Origin: an uncultured Clostridia bacterium
GTDB taxonomy: Bacteria; Bacillota; Clostridia; Christensenellales; UBA1242
NCBI GenBank assembly: GCA_947627545.1
Contig: CANQWK010000006.1
Location: 175-64,174, forward strand
Reading direction: 5' to 3'
DNA length: 64,000 nt
Shown in pieces: positions 35,917-45,744 of this stretch. The notes below the pieces were generated by a model, which saw nothing but the letters and a program-made list of their open reading frames with translations, did no database searches and was not told the DNA's origin. The position numbers and the translations under genes were made by a program. Position 1 is the first letter of the stretch, and every line of letters starts with the position of its first letter.

Positions 35917-36116
35917 CCTTCAAAATTGTTAAAATTAATAAAGTTATTATTAAATGCAAAAGGGTTATTATTGTTGCAATTAGGGTTGCAAAATGTGTGG
36001 CAACAACAATTTGCTGGCACAAAGTTGCAGTATATATTTCCGCTAAATGCAATTTGGCTTAAATTTGAAATGTTTACACAATCGCAACAGCCCGTTCTAA
36101 AAAAGAAATAATACAT
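35913..36116 (-). CDS. Small Cys/Asn/Phe-rich protein, possibly spore coat
   Basis: MYYFFFRTGCCDC...NCCCHTFCNPNCNNNNPF; GAGGT SD before ATG 36116. Confidence 0.45.
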   Translation of the reverse strand: MYYFFFRTGCCDCVNISNLSQIAFSGNIYCNFVPANCCCHTFCNPNCNNNNPFAFNNNFINFNNFEG

Positions 36117-36246
36117 AATATACCTCATTTCAGTTTATGGAAGTGAGGTATTTTTTGTGAAGTGAATTGAACTTTCGTCCCCAAAATTTGCCAAAATATT
36201 TTAGAGTAAAATATAATTTAGTGCATATTATACATTAGAGGTATTT

Positions 36247-36999
36247 ATGAGAGAGATTGCCTTGGCAACCAAAGTGGCAAACAAAAAAATTATAGATTTT
36301 TTGCACGCAAACATCTCATCTAAAATAGATTTTTGCAAAAATATTATAACAAGTTATAGCGACAATAATTTTATTTATCTTTTGTTTGCCTGCGATGAAG
36401 GTTACATACAACCTTGCGAAACTATTTTACGTGAAATAATTATAGATTACATTGAAAGTGTTTATAAAGTGGATTATATTAAACATAAAATAAAAAATCC
36501 GCTTAACAACACACTTGCTTTTAATGCTTATGTTAAAGTACTTTCAATTTTTGACAAAACTACAGATGAATCCGCTCTTGCAAAAATAATTTTATTTAAC
36601 CAAACATTTTTTATAGATAGTTTTTTAGAATTTCGCTTAACGCCACTAAAACATCATTGGGACAACCTAGCCGAACTTTCTAGTGACAATATAACCCTAT
36701 TTAATTCTGGCACATTTTTAGATGTTATACGCTTTTTAATTAACACAATGGATAGCCTAGTTTATAAGGTAAAAGTCGTGTGCGAAGGCGAAAATTATAG
36801 CGTTTACAACATAAAAAATAAAAATGCGCATATAAAAAAGATTGCCGAATGCCACGATTCACTAGAACTTATAACTAATGTGCTTAATTCTTGCCCAAGT
36901 TATATAGATGTGTATATTGGCAACCAAGAGAGCAACGAAGCCGTTAGTTTTTTAAGCAATGTTTTTTCTAACCGCCTAAAAATAATTATGAAAACATAA
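36247..36999 (+). CDS. YtxC-like sporulation protein
   Basis: IDSFLEFRL...FLDVIRFL motif; conserved position upstream of thrS. Confidence 0.6.
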   Translation: MREIALATKVANKKIIDFLHANISSKIDFCKNIITSYSDNNFIYLLFACDEGYIQPCETILREIIIDYIESVYKVDYIKHKIKNPLNNTLAFNAYVKVLSIFDKTTDESALAKIILFNQTFFIDSFLEFRLTPLKHHWDNLAELSSDNITLFNSGTFLDVIRFLINTMDSLVYKVKVVCEGENYSVYNIKNKNAHIKKIAECHDSLELITNVLNSCPSYIDVYIGNQESNEAVSFLSNVFSNRLKIIMKT

Positions 37000-37155
37000 A
37001 TTAATTTTTTGTTTAGTTAAAAAATTTACTTAAAATGACCTATTTTAAAAAAAAATATTAAAAATATCTGCATTTTTGAAAAAATTATTTTAAATTATGA
37101 TTATAAAAAATTTACTTTAAAAAACTTGCATTTTTGAAAATTTTAATTATTCTTG

Positions 37156-37184
37156 TTGACAAATTAAAATCAATGTGTTAAACT
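37156..37184 (+). promoter_or_regulatory. sigmaA promoter of the T-box leader
   Basis: TTGACA-17 bp-TAAACT with extended TG. Confidence 0.7.
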
Positions 37185-37199
37185 AAAAATAGTTAAATA

Positions 37200-37404
37200 G
37201 ATTTTTGGTTGGACAAGTATGTTTATATCAAGGTTTACAGAGAGTGCCTGCCGGCTGAGATTGGCACAACACAATATAAACTGAAACCACCAACTAGGTC
37301 AAGGCTGGTGAATCCAGAAAAAATAAGTGGGTGCAAAGCATCAAATAGGGTGGAACCACGGTTATAAATCGTCCCTTGCAACAATTTTTTTGCAAGGTTT
37401 TTTC
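37200..37404 (+). promoter_or_regulatory. Threonine T-box riboswitch
   Basis: AGAGA and GGCTGAGA stem-I motifs, GAA-ACC specifier (Thr), T-box AGGGTGGAACCACG, antiterminator partner CGTCCCTT, terminator CCTTGCAA...TTGCAAGG-TTTTTT. Confidence 0.92.
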
Positions 37405-37419
37405 TTTTAAGGAGAGATT

Positions 37420-37965
37420 ATGAAAAATTATTTTATTATTCATGGCAGTTTTGGTTCAAGTCAAGAAAATTGGTTTCCTTGGTTGGAATATAAAATTGAG
37501 GCAATTGGTGGCAAAGTTGAAAACTTAGATTTTCCAATTGGAGAAAATAATCAAAATTATCATAATTGGGAGATGGTTCTTAACTCGCAAAAAAGGTTTA
37601 TAAATGAAGAAACAGTTTTCTTTTGTCATTCAATTTCGTGCATTTTTTTAATTAAATATTGTATAAGGAATAACTTAAAAATTGGCAAAGCAGTTTTTGT
37701 TTCTGGTTTTAATCATTATTTTGGAATAGATGAAAATTTTGATGATGTAAATTGCACAATGTACACAACTCAAATTAAACAATTTAAAAATTTATGCAAT
37801 GAAATTATATGTTATTATTCAAATAATGACCCTTATGTAAAATTGGAAAAACTTAAAGAATTCGCAAAAAGTCTTAATGCAAAAGAAATTGTTGTCGAAA
37901 ATGCAGGACATTTTAATACTGCGTCTGGATACAGAGAATTTAAAGATTTATTAAAGCATATTTAA
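37420..37965 (+). CDS. RBBP9/YdeN-family alpha/beta hydrolase
   Basis: IIHG...NWFPWL, CHSIS nucleophile elbow, SNNDPYV, NAGHFN. Confidence 0.85.
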   Translation: MKNYFIIHGSFGSSQENWFPWLEYKIEAIGGKVENLDFPIGENNQNYHNWEMVLNSQKRFINEETVFFCHSISCIFLIKYCIRNNLKIGKAVFVSGFNHYFGIDENFDDVNCTMYTTQIKQFKNLCNEIICYYSNNDPYVKLEKLKEFAKSLNAKEIVVENAGHFNTASGYREFKDLLKHI

Positions 37966-37983
37966 TGTTAAAAAGGAGAAACT

Positions 37984-39732
37984 ATGGAAAAAGAAGAATT
38001 AGAAAAACAACAAATGTATCGCCATAGCATGAGCCATGTGCTTGCTAAGGCAATTAAATCATTATATCCACAAGTAAAAGTGGCAATAGGCCCTGCTATT
38101 GACAATGGTTTTTATTATGATTTTGACAATTTAAACATAAATCAAGAAGATTTTGCTAAAATTGAAGATAAAATGCATGAAATTATCAATAAAAATGAAG
38201 ATTTTACTCGCAAAGAGGTTAGCAAAGCCGAAGCCTTAAAACTTTTTGCCAATGAGCCTTATAAAACGGAAATAATAAATGACCTTCCAAAAGACGCAGT
38301 TATTTCTATTTATTACACAGGCAGTGATTTTTGTGATTTGTGCCGTGGTCCACATGTAGAGAACACAAAATTTTTGCGTGGTTTTAGTTTTAAAATTAAT
38401 AGAGTTAGTGGTGCATATTGGCGAGGAAGCGAAAAGAATAAAATGCTAACTCGTGTTTATGTTTATGGCTTTTTAAATAAGGACGATTTAAAAGAGTGCA
38501 TTCGTTTAGAAGAAGAGGCTAAACAGCGAGACCATCGCAAACTAGGCAAAGAACTTAACATATTTATGATGAGCGATTTAGTAGGCAAAGGTTTGCCAAT
38601 TTGGTTGCCAAATGGTTTTTTGTTGCGTAGAGCGTTAAGTGATTATATTATGGACAAAGAAATTGCTCTTGGTTATCAGCATGTTATGACGCCATCTTTG
38701 GGGTCAATTAATTTATACAAAACTTCTGGGCATTGGGAACATTATAAAGAAGATATGTTTCCAGCAATGGAGCGAGATAGCGAAACTTATGTTTTGCGTC
38801 CAATGAATTGTCCGCATCACATGATGATTTATAAATCTTTCATGCACTCGTACAAAGATTTGCCAATTCGCATAGCAGAAATTGCCAACGATTTTAGGTT
38901 TGAAGGCAGTGGTAATTTATGCGGAATAGAACGCACCCGAGCATTCACTCAAAATGACGCTCATATTTTTTGCCGCCCAGACCAAATTAAAGACGAAATT
39001 AAAGGTGTTATAAACTTAATTTTAGATGTGTATAAAGATTTTGGCTTTAAAAATTACACATTCCGCTTGTCTTTGCGAGATAAAAACAATACAGAAAAAT
39101 ATTTTGGCAATGATGAATTGTGGGAGAAAAGCGAAACTGCCTTGCGTGAAATTTTAAAGAATAGTGGAGCAGACTATTATGAGGCAGAAGGCGAAGCTGC
39201 TTTCTATGGTCCTAAAATTGATGTTCAGGTTAAATCTGCAATAGGTCACGAAGTTACATTGTCAACTGTGCAGTTAGACTATCAACTTCCAGAAAGATTT
39301 GAACTAGAATATGTTGACGAGCAAGATAATCGAGTTCGTCCGGTTGTTATACATCGAGCAATTTTAGGCTCGTTAGATAGATTTGCAGCCTTTTTAATTG
39401 AAGAAACAAAGGGCAATCTCCCTGTATGGTTAAATCCTGTTCAAGTTAAAATTTTAACGGTAAGTGAAAAGAATATTGAATATGCAAAACAAATAGAAAG
39501 CAAATTGCATTTAAATAGAATTAGAGTAACTGCGGACATTTCAAATGAAAGTGTTGGCAAAAAAATTCGCAAGGCGGTGCTAGAAAAATCTCCTTACATT
39601 TTAGTGCTTGGAGATAAAGAAATGGTGGAAAACAGCGTTGCCGTTCGTGTTAGAGGCAGCAAAAACACTGTTTCTATGTCATACTCACAATTTGAACAAG
39701 AAATTTTAAACACAATAAACAATAAATTGTAA
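37984..39732 (+). CDS. thrS: Threonyl-tRNA synthetase (no N-terminal TGS domain)
   Basis: RHSMSH, DLCRGPH, RDHRKLG, RPMNCPHH, AFYGPKID, IHRAILGS. Confidence 0.97.
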   Translation: MEKEELEKQQMYRHSMSHVLAKAIKSLYPQVKVAIGPAIDNGFYYDFDNLNINQEDFAKIEDKMHEIINKNEDFTRKEVSKAEALKLFANEPYKTEIINDLPKDAVISIYYTGSDFCDLCRGPHVENTKFLRGFSFKINRVSGAYWRGSEKNKMLTRVYVYGFLNKDDLKECIRLEEEAKQRDHRKLGKELNIFMMSDLVGKGLPIWLPNGFLLRRALSDYIMDKEIALGYQHVMTPSLGSINLYKTSGHWEHYKEDMFPAMERDSETYVLRPMNCPHHMMIYKSFMHSYKDLPIRIAEIANDFRFEGSGNLCGIERTRAFTQNDAHIFCRPDQIKDEIKGVINLILDVYKDFGFKNYTFRLSLRDKNNTEKYFGNDELWEKSETALREILKNSGADYYEAEGEAAFYGPKIDVQVKSAIGHEVTLSTVQLDYQLPERFELEYVDEQDNRVRPVVIHRAILGSLDRFAAFLIEETKGNLPVWLNPVQVKILTVSEKNIEYAKQIESKLHLNRIRVTADISNESVGKKIRKAVLEKSPYILVLGDKEMVENSVAVRVRGSKNTVSMSYSQFEQEILNTINNKL

Positions 39733-39914
39733 AAGATAATTAATTTTAAATTCAACAAAATTTTATCTTTTTGTTAAAAATTTACAAAATTAAAGCGGTT
39801 GATTGTTGTTTCAGCTGCTTTTTTATTGAAAATTTTTAATTTTAATGCTATAATTTAAAAGTAAATTTTTGTATTAATTAGGGGTTTAATATTTAAATTT
39901 CTTAAGGAGTGTTT

Positions 39915-41123
39915 ATGAATTTTTTTAAAAAACTTTATTGCAGAATTTATCAAACAGTGTTCAAATTGGCTTTACCTTTTTTGCCATATAGAGAGCCAAA
40001 ACTTTTAAAGGACTATGAAAATTTAGTTCAACTTTTAATTTACAAAAACAAAAAGAATGTTTTGTTGGTTACAGATAAAAGCATTAAAAGTTTAGGTTTA
40101 ACCAATGTTTTAGAACAACAAATTTTAAAAGAAAATTTAGGTTTATTTATTTATGATAAAACCGTTGCAAATCCTACAACGGACAATGTTGCCGAGGCTC
40201 TTGAAATGTACAATCAAAATAATTGCGATTGTATTATAGCATTTGGCGGTGGTTCGGCAATGGATTGTGCAAAAGCAGTTGGTGCAAGGGTGGCGTATCC
40301 AAACAAAACATTAAATCAAATGAAAGGTATTTTAAAAGTACGCAAAAAATTGCCATTGTTAATTGCAATTCCAACCACGGCAGGTACAGGCAGCGAAACT
40401 ACACTTGCAGCGGTTATAACCGATAGTAAAACTCGTCATAAATATGCAATAAATAGTTTTCCGCTAATTCCTGCTTACGCACTTTTAGACCCTAACCTTA
40501 CACTAGGTTTGCCTAAAAATATAACCGCAACAACCGGCATGGACGCATTAACGCATGCAATTGAGGCTTACATTGGCAGAAGCACAACTAAGCAAACACG
40601 TGATTGTGCTTTGCGTGCAACCAAACTAATTTTTGACAATTTAGAGGTAGCATACAACAATGGTTCTAATTTTAAAGCGCGTGGTGAAATGTTGTCGGCG
40701 GCATATCTTGCTGGCGTTGCGTTTACAAAATCTTATGTAGGCTATGTGCATGCAATTGCTCATTCATTAGGTGGAAAATATAATGTTGCACACGGATTAG
40801 CAAATGCAATAATTTTACCTTATATGTTAAGAAAATATGATAAAGCAGTTTACAAAAAATTGTGGGAATTGGGCGTTTATGCAGGTTTATTTGATAAATC
40901 AGTTTCTCATGAAATGGGTGCAAAATTATTTATAGAAAAAATAGAAGCAATGAATGAAAACATGGGTATTGGAACAAAAATAGATGAAATTCAAATTGAG
41001 GATATACCTAGTTTAGCTCGAACAGCAGAAAAGGAAGCAAATCCGCTTTATCCTGTTCCTGTTTTATTTACCGCTAATCAGTTAGAAGAAGTTTACAACG
41101 AGGTTAAAAATGGAAAAGACTAG
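39915..41123 (+). CDS. Iron-containing alcohol dehydrogenase
   Basis: AFGGGSAMD, PTTAGTGSE, GMDALTHAIE, HAIAH, HGLAN. Confidence 0.92.
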   Translation: MNFFKKLYCRIYQTVFKLALPFLPYREPKLLKDYENLVQLLIYKNKKNVLLVTDKSIKSLGLTNVLEQQILKENLGLFIYDKTVANPTTDNVAEALEMYNQNNCDCIIAFGGGSAMDCAKAVGARVAYPNKTLNQMKGILKVRKKLPLLIAIPTTAGTGSETTLAAVITDSKTRHKYAINSFPLIPAYALLDPNLTLGLPKNITATTGMDALTHAIEAYIGRSTTKQTRDCALRATKLIFDNLEVAYNNGSNFKARGEMLSAAYLAGVAFTKSYVGYVHAIAHSLGGKYNVAHGLANAIILPYMLRKYDKAVYKKLWELGVYAGLFDKSVSHEMGAKLFIEKIEAMNENMGIGTKIDEIQIEDIPSLARTAEKEANPLYPVPVLFTANQLEEVYNEVKNGKD

Positions 41124-42483
41124 TTTAGATGAAACTGTAAAATGTATGCGTAAATTTTTAGCAGAAAATTCAATGCAACAAGTAAAAAATAGAATTAAAT
41201 GTTTAAAGCGTTTATATAAAAACATTAAAATAATGCAAGATGAAATTTATCAGGCTTTAAAAGAAGATTTAAACAAAAGTGCAGCAGAAAGTTATATGAC
41301 GGAAATTGGCATTACTTTAAGTGAAATTAGTTATATGATTGGTCATGTAAAAAGATTTTCTAAACCTAAAAAAGTTCATACTCCGTTAAATAATTTTCCT
41401 GCTAAAAGTTATAGATTACCATCACCTTATGGAATTGTGCTTATAATAAGTCCATGGAACTATCCTTTTATGTTATCACTAGAACCTTTAGTTGATGCTA
41501 TAGCGGCTGGAAATTCAGTTATTTTAAAACCAAGCATTACAGCAGTTAGCACATGCAAAGTTTTAGGTAAATTAATAGAAAAAACATTTAATCCAGAACA
41601 TGTTAAAATTATTTATGAACATGAAGAAAGCAACTATTTAATTGATAATGATATGGTAGATTATGTGTTCTATACAGGCAGCACAAATGTTGGCAAATTA
41701 ATATCAAAAAAATGTGCAGAGCACTTTATTCCTGTAACTTTGGAAATGGGTGGAAAAAGCCCTTGTATTATAGACGAAACTGCGAACATTTCAATAGCGG
41801 CAAAACGAATAATTTGGGGCAAATTATTAAATGCTGGTCAAACGTGCGTTGCTCCTGATTATATTTATTGCCATAAGTCAGTTAAAGAAAAATTAATTTA
41901 TGAATTAACAAGACAAATTATTTTGCAATATTCAACCAAACCATTATCAAATGTAAATTATCCTAAAATGATAAATAAAAAACAATTTGATGCTATGGTA
42001 AAATTAATAGAAAAAGATAAAGTAATTTTTGGTGGAAACTACAACGAAAAAACTTTAAAAATTGAGCCAACAATTTTAAACGCAAATTTTAATGACGAAT
42101 GTATGCAAAATGAAATTTTTGGTCCAATTCTTCCAATTGTAACTTTTGAAAATTTAGATGAAGTTATTTCGTATGTAAATAGTCATTTTAAACCGCTTGC
42201 ACTTTACATATTTTCAAACAGTAAATTTAATCAAAATAAAATTTTAAATAATTGTGAATTTGGCGGTGGTTGTGTTAATGATACAATTATGCACATAGCA
42301 AACAGTAACTTAGGTTTTGGTGGTTTAAAACAAAGTGGAATAGGAGAGTATCATGGTAAGGTTGGCTTTGATACATTCACTCATTATAAAAGCATTGTTA
42401 AAAAACCTATGTTAGAACTTCCATTAAGATATCAACCTACAAGTAAATTTAAACAATTTATAATAAGAATGTTTTTAAAATAA
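41110..42483 (+). CDS. Aldehyde dehydrogenase (ALDH3/fatty-aldehyde-like)
   Basis: PWNYP, YTGS, LEMGGKSP, NAGQTCVAPD, EIFGP; overlaps the ADH stop. Confidence 0.92.
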   Translation: MEKTSLDETVKCMRKFLAENSMQQVKNRIKCLKRLYKNIKIMQDEIYQALKEDLNKSAAESYMTEIGITLSEISYMIGHVKRFSKPKKVHTPLNNFPAKSYRLPSPYGIVLIISPWNYPFMLSLEPLVDAIAAGNSVILKPSITAVSTCKVLGKLIEKTFNPEHVKIIYEHEESNYLIDNDMVDYVFYTGSTNVGKLISKKCAEHFIPVTLEMGGKSPCIIDETANISIAAKRIIWGKLLNAGQTCVAPDYIYCHKSVKEKLIYELTRQIILQYSTKPLSNVNYPKMINKKQFDAMVKLIEKDKVIFGGNYNEKTLKIEPTILNANFNDECMQNEIFGPILPIVTFENLDEVISYVNSHFKPLALYIFSNSKFNQNKILNNCEFGGGCVNDTIMHIANSNLGFGGLKQSGIGEYHGKVGFDTFTHYKSIVKKPMLELPLRYQPTSKFKQFIIRMFLK

Positions 42484-42641
42484 TTTTAAATATATAAATT
42501 TTTTAAATATAAAAATATCAATAAAATTTTTTAAAAAGTAAAAAAATAAGGGTAAAAAATTAAAAAAATAAAAAATTAGCCCTTATTTTTTTAATTTTTA
42601 AAATTTTTTTATAAAAATTCATTCTTTTAAAAATAATTTGC

Positions 42642-42670
42642 TTGCAAATAAATTGTTAATAATTTAAAAT
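42642..42670 (+). promoter_or_regulatory. sigmaA promoter 6 nt before the yhhN-like ATG (leaderless)
   Basis: TTGCAA-17 bp-TAAAAT-ATTTAT-ATG; no SD. Confidence 0.55.
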
Positions 42671-42676
42671 ATTTAT

Positions 42677-43354
42677 ATGGAAAGAAAAGAGAAAAAAATT
42701 TCATACATCTTAAACATAATTTTTATAATTTTAATTATGGTTGGAGATATTTGTTATATAACATTTGGCGGAACATGGCTTAAAGGTTTAACAAGTGCTT
42801 TATTTGTTTTGTTGGGTACAATTAATTTATATTTTGCAATTTTGTTTAAAGGGAACATTAAATTTTGTTCGTGGCTTTTAGCGGGATTGTTTTTTGCAAT
42901 GCTTGGAGATATTTTACTAAACATACATTTTATTACAGGTGCAATATTTTTTGCGGTTGGACATATTTTCTTTTTTGTTTCATATTGCTTTTTGCAAAAA
43001 TTTAAATGGCAAAATTTAATTTATGGTTTAGCAATTTTTATTCCTTCGTTATTAATAATAACATTAGTGCCAATTTTTGATTTTAATGGTATTTTAATGG
43101 AAATTATTTGCATTGTTTATGCACTTATAATTTCATTAATGGTTGGCAAATCAATTTCAAATTTTGTTAATAAAAAATCGGTTTTAAACATTTTAATTTT
43201 AATAGGTAGTGGTTTGTTTTTCTTTTCAGATTTAATGTTGCTTTTAAATGTGTTTGGCGGTTTGCCAAAAATTATAGATATTCTTTGTTTGTTAACTTAT
43301 TATCCTGCAGAAATTTTGCTTGCACATTCTATATTGCATTCTAAACAAAATTAA
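42677..43354 (+). CDS. YhhN/TMEM86-family lysoplasmalogenase-like membrane protein
   Basis: LKGL, GLFFAMLGDILL, FAVGH, FFFSDLML and YY motif pattern across about 8 TMs. Confidence 0.82.
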   Translation: MERKEKKISYILNIIFIILIMVGDICYITFGGTWLKGLTSALFVLLGTINLYFAILFKGNIKFCSWLLAGLFFAMLGDILLNIHFITGAIFFAVGHIFFFVSYCFLQKFKWQNLIYGLAIFIPSLLIITLVPIFDFNGILMEIICIVYALIISLMVGKSISNFVNKKSVLNILILIGSGLFFFSDLMLLLNVFGGLPKIIDILCLLTYYPAEILLAHSILHSKQN

Positions 43355-43536
43355 AGTGTTAAACAATGTTTCATCTTTTTAAATTATTACATTATAATTA
43401 GTACAATTCCTTTAATTGTTAGAAATTTGAATTAATAATTAGAAATATAATAGACAAAACGTAAATTCAATTTTTTTAGTTGACATATTATTTTTTTCAT
43501 GCTAAAATTCAAAGCACAAAACAAAGGAGAAATATC

Positions 43537-43956
43537 ATGGATTATATTGCACAACTTTTTAAACTTTTAAGGAATGAAAGAGTTTTAGATTCTTTTATTA
43601 GAAATCTTTTTGATTTTACCGACAATGAAAATTATACACTTTCAAGTATAAGAATTTTGCCTTGCGAAGAGGGTAATAGTTTGTTAATAGATGTTAGTAA
43701 TGATGAATTAAATGTTATTAAGATATCAATTGCAGAATATAAAATAAGGTATGTTGAGGAAAATTATCAATTTATGAAGCCTGAATTAAATGGTTATACA
43801 GAAAGATATTTAAAATATATGGCAGAACTTTTTCCAGATTACGCCAATGATTGCATTCAAGATAAACTACTAGAATGTGAAAAAAATAAACATAAACAAA
43901 TAGAAAAATTAGAAAAACTTTTTAATATTTCGCAAGGGAAGAAAACTGATTTATAA
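43537..43956 (+). CDS. Hypothetical protein
   Basis: ATG 43537 after AAGGAG; upstream TTGACA(43480)-17-TAAAAT. Confidence 0.6.
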   Translation: MDYIAQLFKLLRNERVLDSFIRNLFDFTDNENYTLSSIRILPCEEGNSLLIDVSNDELNVIKISIAEYKIRYVEENYQFMKPELNGYTERYLKYMAELFPDYANDCIQDKLLECEKNKHKQIEKLEKLFNISQGKKTDL

Positions 43957-44030
43957 TATTTACAATTTGAAATTATTTTAAAAATTCCAATTTAACCAAT
44001 ATAAATTTTAAAATATTTTTGTAAAAATGG

Positions 44031-44059
44031 TTGACAAATAAAACTTTATATGCTAAAAT
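44031..44059 (+). promoter_or_regulatory. sigmaA promoter of infC-rpmI-rplT
   Basis: TTGACA-17 bp-TAAAAT with extended TG. Confidence 0.75.
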
Positions 44060-44065
44060 GAAAAC

Positions 44066-44186
44066 GTAAAAGTAGGAGTACCACTTCTCACCTTGAAGCT
44101 TTTGCGACAATGGTTGTATGCAAAATTTAAGCCGTAAGGCATGTTTATTTGTGTATAAGTGGGGCTGCTGCACAGCCTCATTTTTT
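44066..44186 (+). promoter_or_regulatory. Ribosomal protein L20 leader
   Basis: AAGTAGGAGTACCACTTCTCACC...AAGTGGGGCTG...CAGCCTCATTTTT directly upstream of infC-rpmI-rplT. Confidence 0.8.
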
Positions 44187-44221
44187 ATTGAGGTTAAGGT
44201 AATTCGTTCACAGGAGGGAAA

Positions 44222-44737
44222 TTGAAAGAATCACTAAAAAATGAACAAATTGTTTTGCCAGAAGTTCGCTTAATAGGTGCGAATTCTGAACAACTTGGTT
44301 TAATGTCTAGCAGCCAAGCGTTAGAAATTGCTAGGTCAAATAACTTAGATTTGGTGCTTATAGCTCCAGATAGCAAGCCACCGGTTTGCAGAATTATGGA
44401 CTATGGCAAATATAGGTTTGATGAACTAAAAAAACTTAAAGACCAAAAAAAGAACCAAAAAGTTCAAAAGGTTAAGGAAATGAGTTTGTCAATGACAATT
44501 AGCGACCATGATTTAGAATTTAAAGCAAAACAAGTGTGCAAATTTTTAGTTGATGGAAGCAAAGTTAAGGTTAACATCTTAATGAAAGGTAGAATTCAAG
44601 CTCGCCCTCAACTTGGAATTGACATTATGAACAAATTTGCAGATATGTGCAAAGAGGTTGGTCAAATAGAAAAGGCGCCTCAAATTAATGGACGAAATAT
44701 CTTTATGTTTTTAGCACCACTAACTCAAAAGAAATAA
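44222..44737 (+). CDS. infC: Translation initiation factor IF-3
   Basis: VRLIG, PPVCRIMDYGKY, HDLEFK; non-AUG (TTG) start after GGAGGG. Confidence 0.95.
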   Translation: MKESLKNEQIVLPEVRLIGANSEQLGLMSSSQALEIARSNNLDLVLIAPDSKPPVCRIMDYGKYRFDELKKLKDQKKNQKVQKVKEMSLSMTISDHDLEFKAKQVCKFLVDGSKVKVNILMKGRIQARPQLGIDIMNKFADMCKEVGQIEKAPQINGRNIFMFLAPLTQKK

Positions 44738-44800
44738 CAGAACTGTGTATTCAAATTTTACAATTAGCATCAAGCTAAATTTAAATTAAAGGAGAAAATT

Positions 44801-44989
44801 ATGCCAAAAATGAAAACAAGAAAAGCAGTTGCAAAACGTTTTAAAGAAACAAGCAACGGCAAAATTAAAATGATGCACGATGGTAAAGGTCATATTCTTA
44901 CCAAAAAATCTAGAAACAGAAAACGTAGATTAAGAAAAACCGGTTATGTTTCAAAACAATTTGAAAAGAATTATAAGGAAATGATGTAG
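44801..44989 (+). CDS. rpmI: 50S ribosomal protein L35
   Basis: [15 protein letters not shown]...HILTKKS. Confidence 0.97.
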   Translation: MPKMKTRKAVAKRFKETSNGKIKMMHDGKGHILTKKSRNRKRRLRKTGYVSKQFEKNYKEMM

Positions 44990-44999
44990 GAGGGCAATT

Positions 45000-45350
45000 A
45001 TGAGAGTAAAAAGAGGAGTTAATGCAGTAAAAAAACGCCGTGCTATTTTAAAACAAGCAAAAGGCTATCGCGGAGCAAAATCTAAATTATATCGTGTTGC
45101 TCGCCAAGCAGTTATGAAATCTGGCCAATATGCTTATGTTGGGAGAAAACTTAAAAAACGTGATATGCGTTCTTTATGGATTACTCGTATAAACGCAGGA
45201 TGCCGTGAAAATGGAATTTCTTACAGCGTGTTTGTAAATGGTTTAAAAAAGGCTGGGGTAGATTTAAACCGCAAAGTTCTTGCTGAACTAGCTGCTACAG
45301 ATAAACCAGCATTTGCAAAACTTGTAGAAACTGCAAAAAAAGCAAAATAA
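45000..45350 (+). CDS. rplT: 50S ribosomal protein L20
   Basis: MRVKRG...[10 protein letters not shown]...[10 protein letters not shown]. Confidence 0.98.
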   Translation: MRVKRGVNAVKKRRAILKQAKGYRGAKSKLYRVARQAVMKSGQYAYVGRKLKKRDMRSLWITRINAGCRENGISYSVFVNGLKKAGVDLNRKVLAELAATDKPAFAKLVETAKKAK

Positions 45351-45351
45351 T

Positions 45352-45378
45352 AAAAAACTACCCAAGCGGTAGTTTTTT
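45352..45378 (+). terminator. Intrinsic terminator
   Basis: AAAAAACTACC-CAAGC-GGTAGTTTTTT. Confidence 0.85.
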
Positions 45379-45744
45379 TATGCAAAAAATTATTAAAAAT
45401 ATACATACACACTGAACAAAGTGTTTTATTTTACCAGTGTGAAAACAAGAGAATAAGCAGGCATATTTAAGAATATAACCGCAACATTTAGATTATATCA
45501 ATAAACCAAAAATAAGACTTGCAATAAAAAGTCTTATTTTTCATTTGCTAAACTTTTGATTTCTAGCAAAATTTTGATAAAAAAATCAAAAATCAAATCA
45601 TCGCAAAACTATTTTGCGAAATCAATATATCAAAACAAAAATCAAAAATAATTGCTTGATTATTTATATAATATGTGGTAAAATCAAAATAATTTTTCTG
45701 TTTAGTTGATACATTTACACTGAAAAAGATAAAAAGGAGTATAG

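Noticed and set aside
35926-36111. Plus-strand 61-aa ORF
   Set aside because: It lacks an SD and overlaps the better-supported minus-strand Cys-rich ORF.
45400-45545. Possible small ncRNA after rplT
   Set aside because: Hairpins are present (CACACTG/CAGTGTG and AAATAAGACT/AGTCTTATTT), but there is no recognisable family motif or clear promoter.
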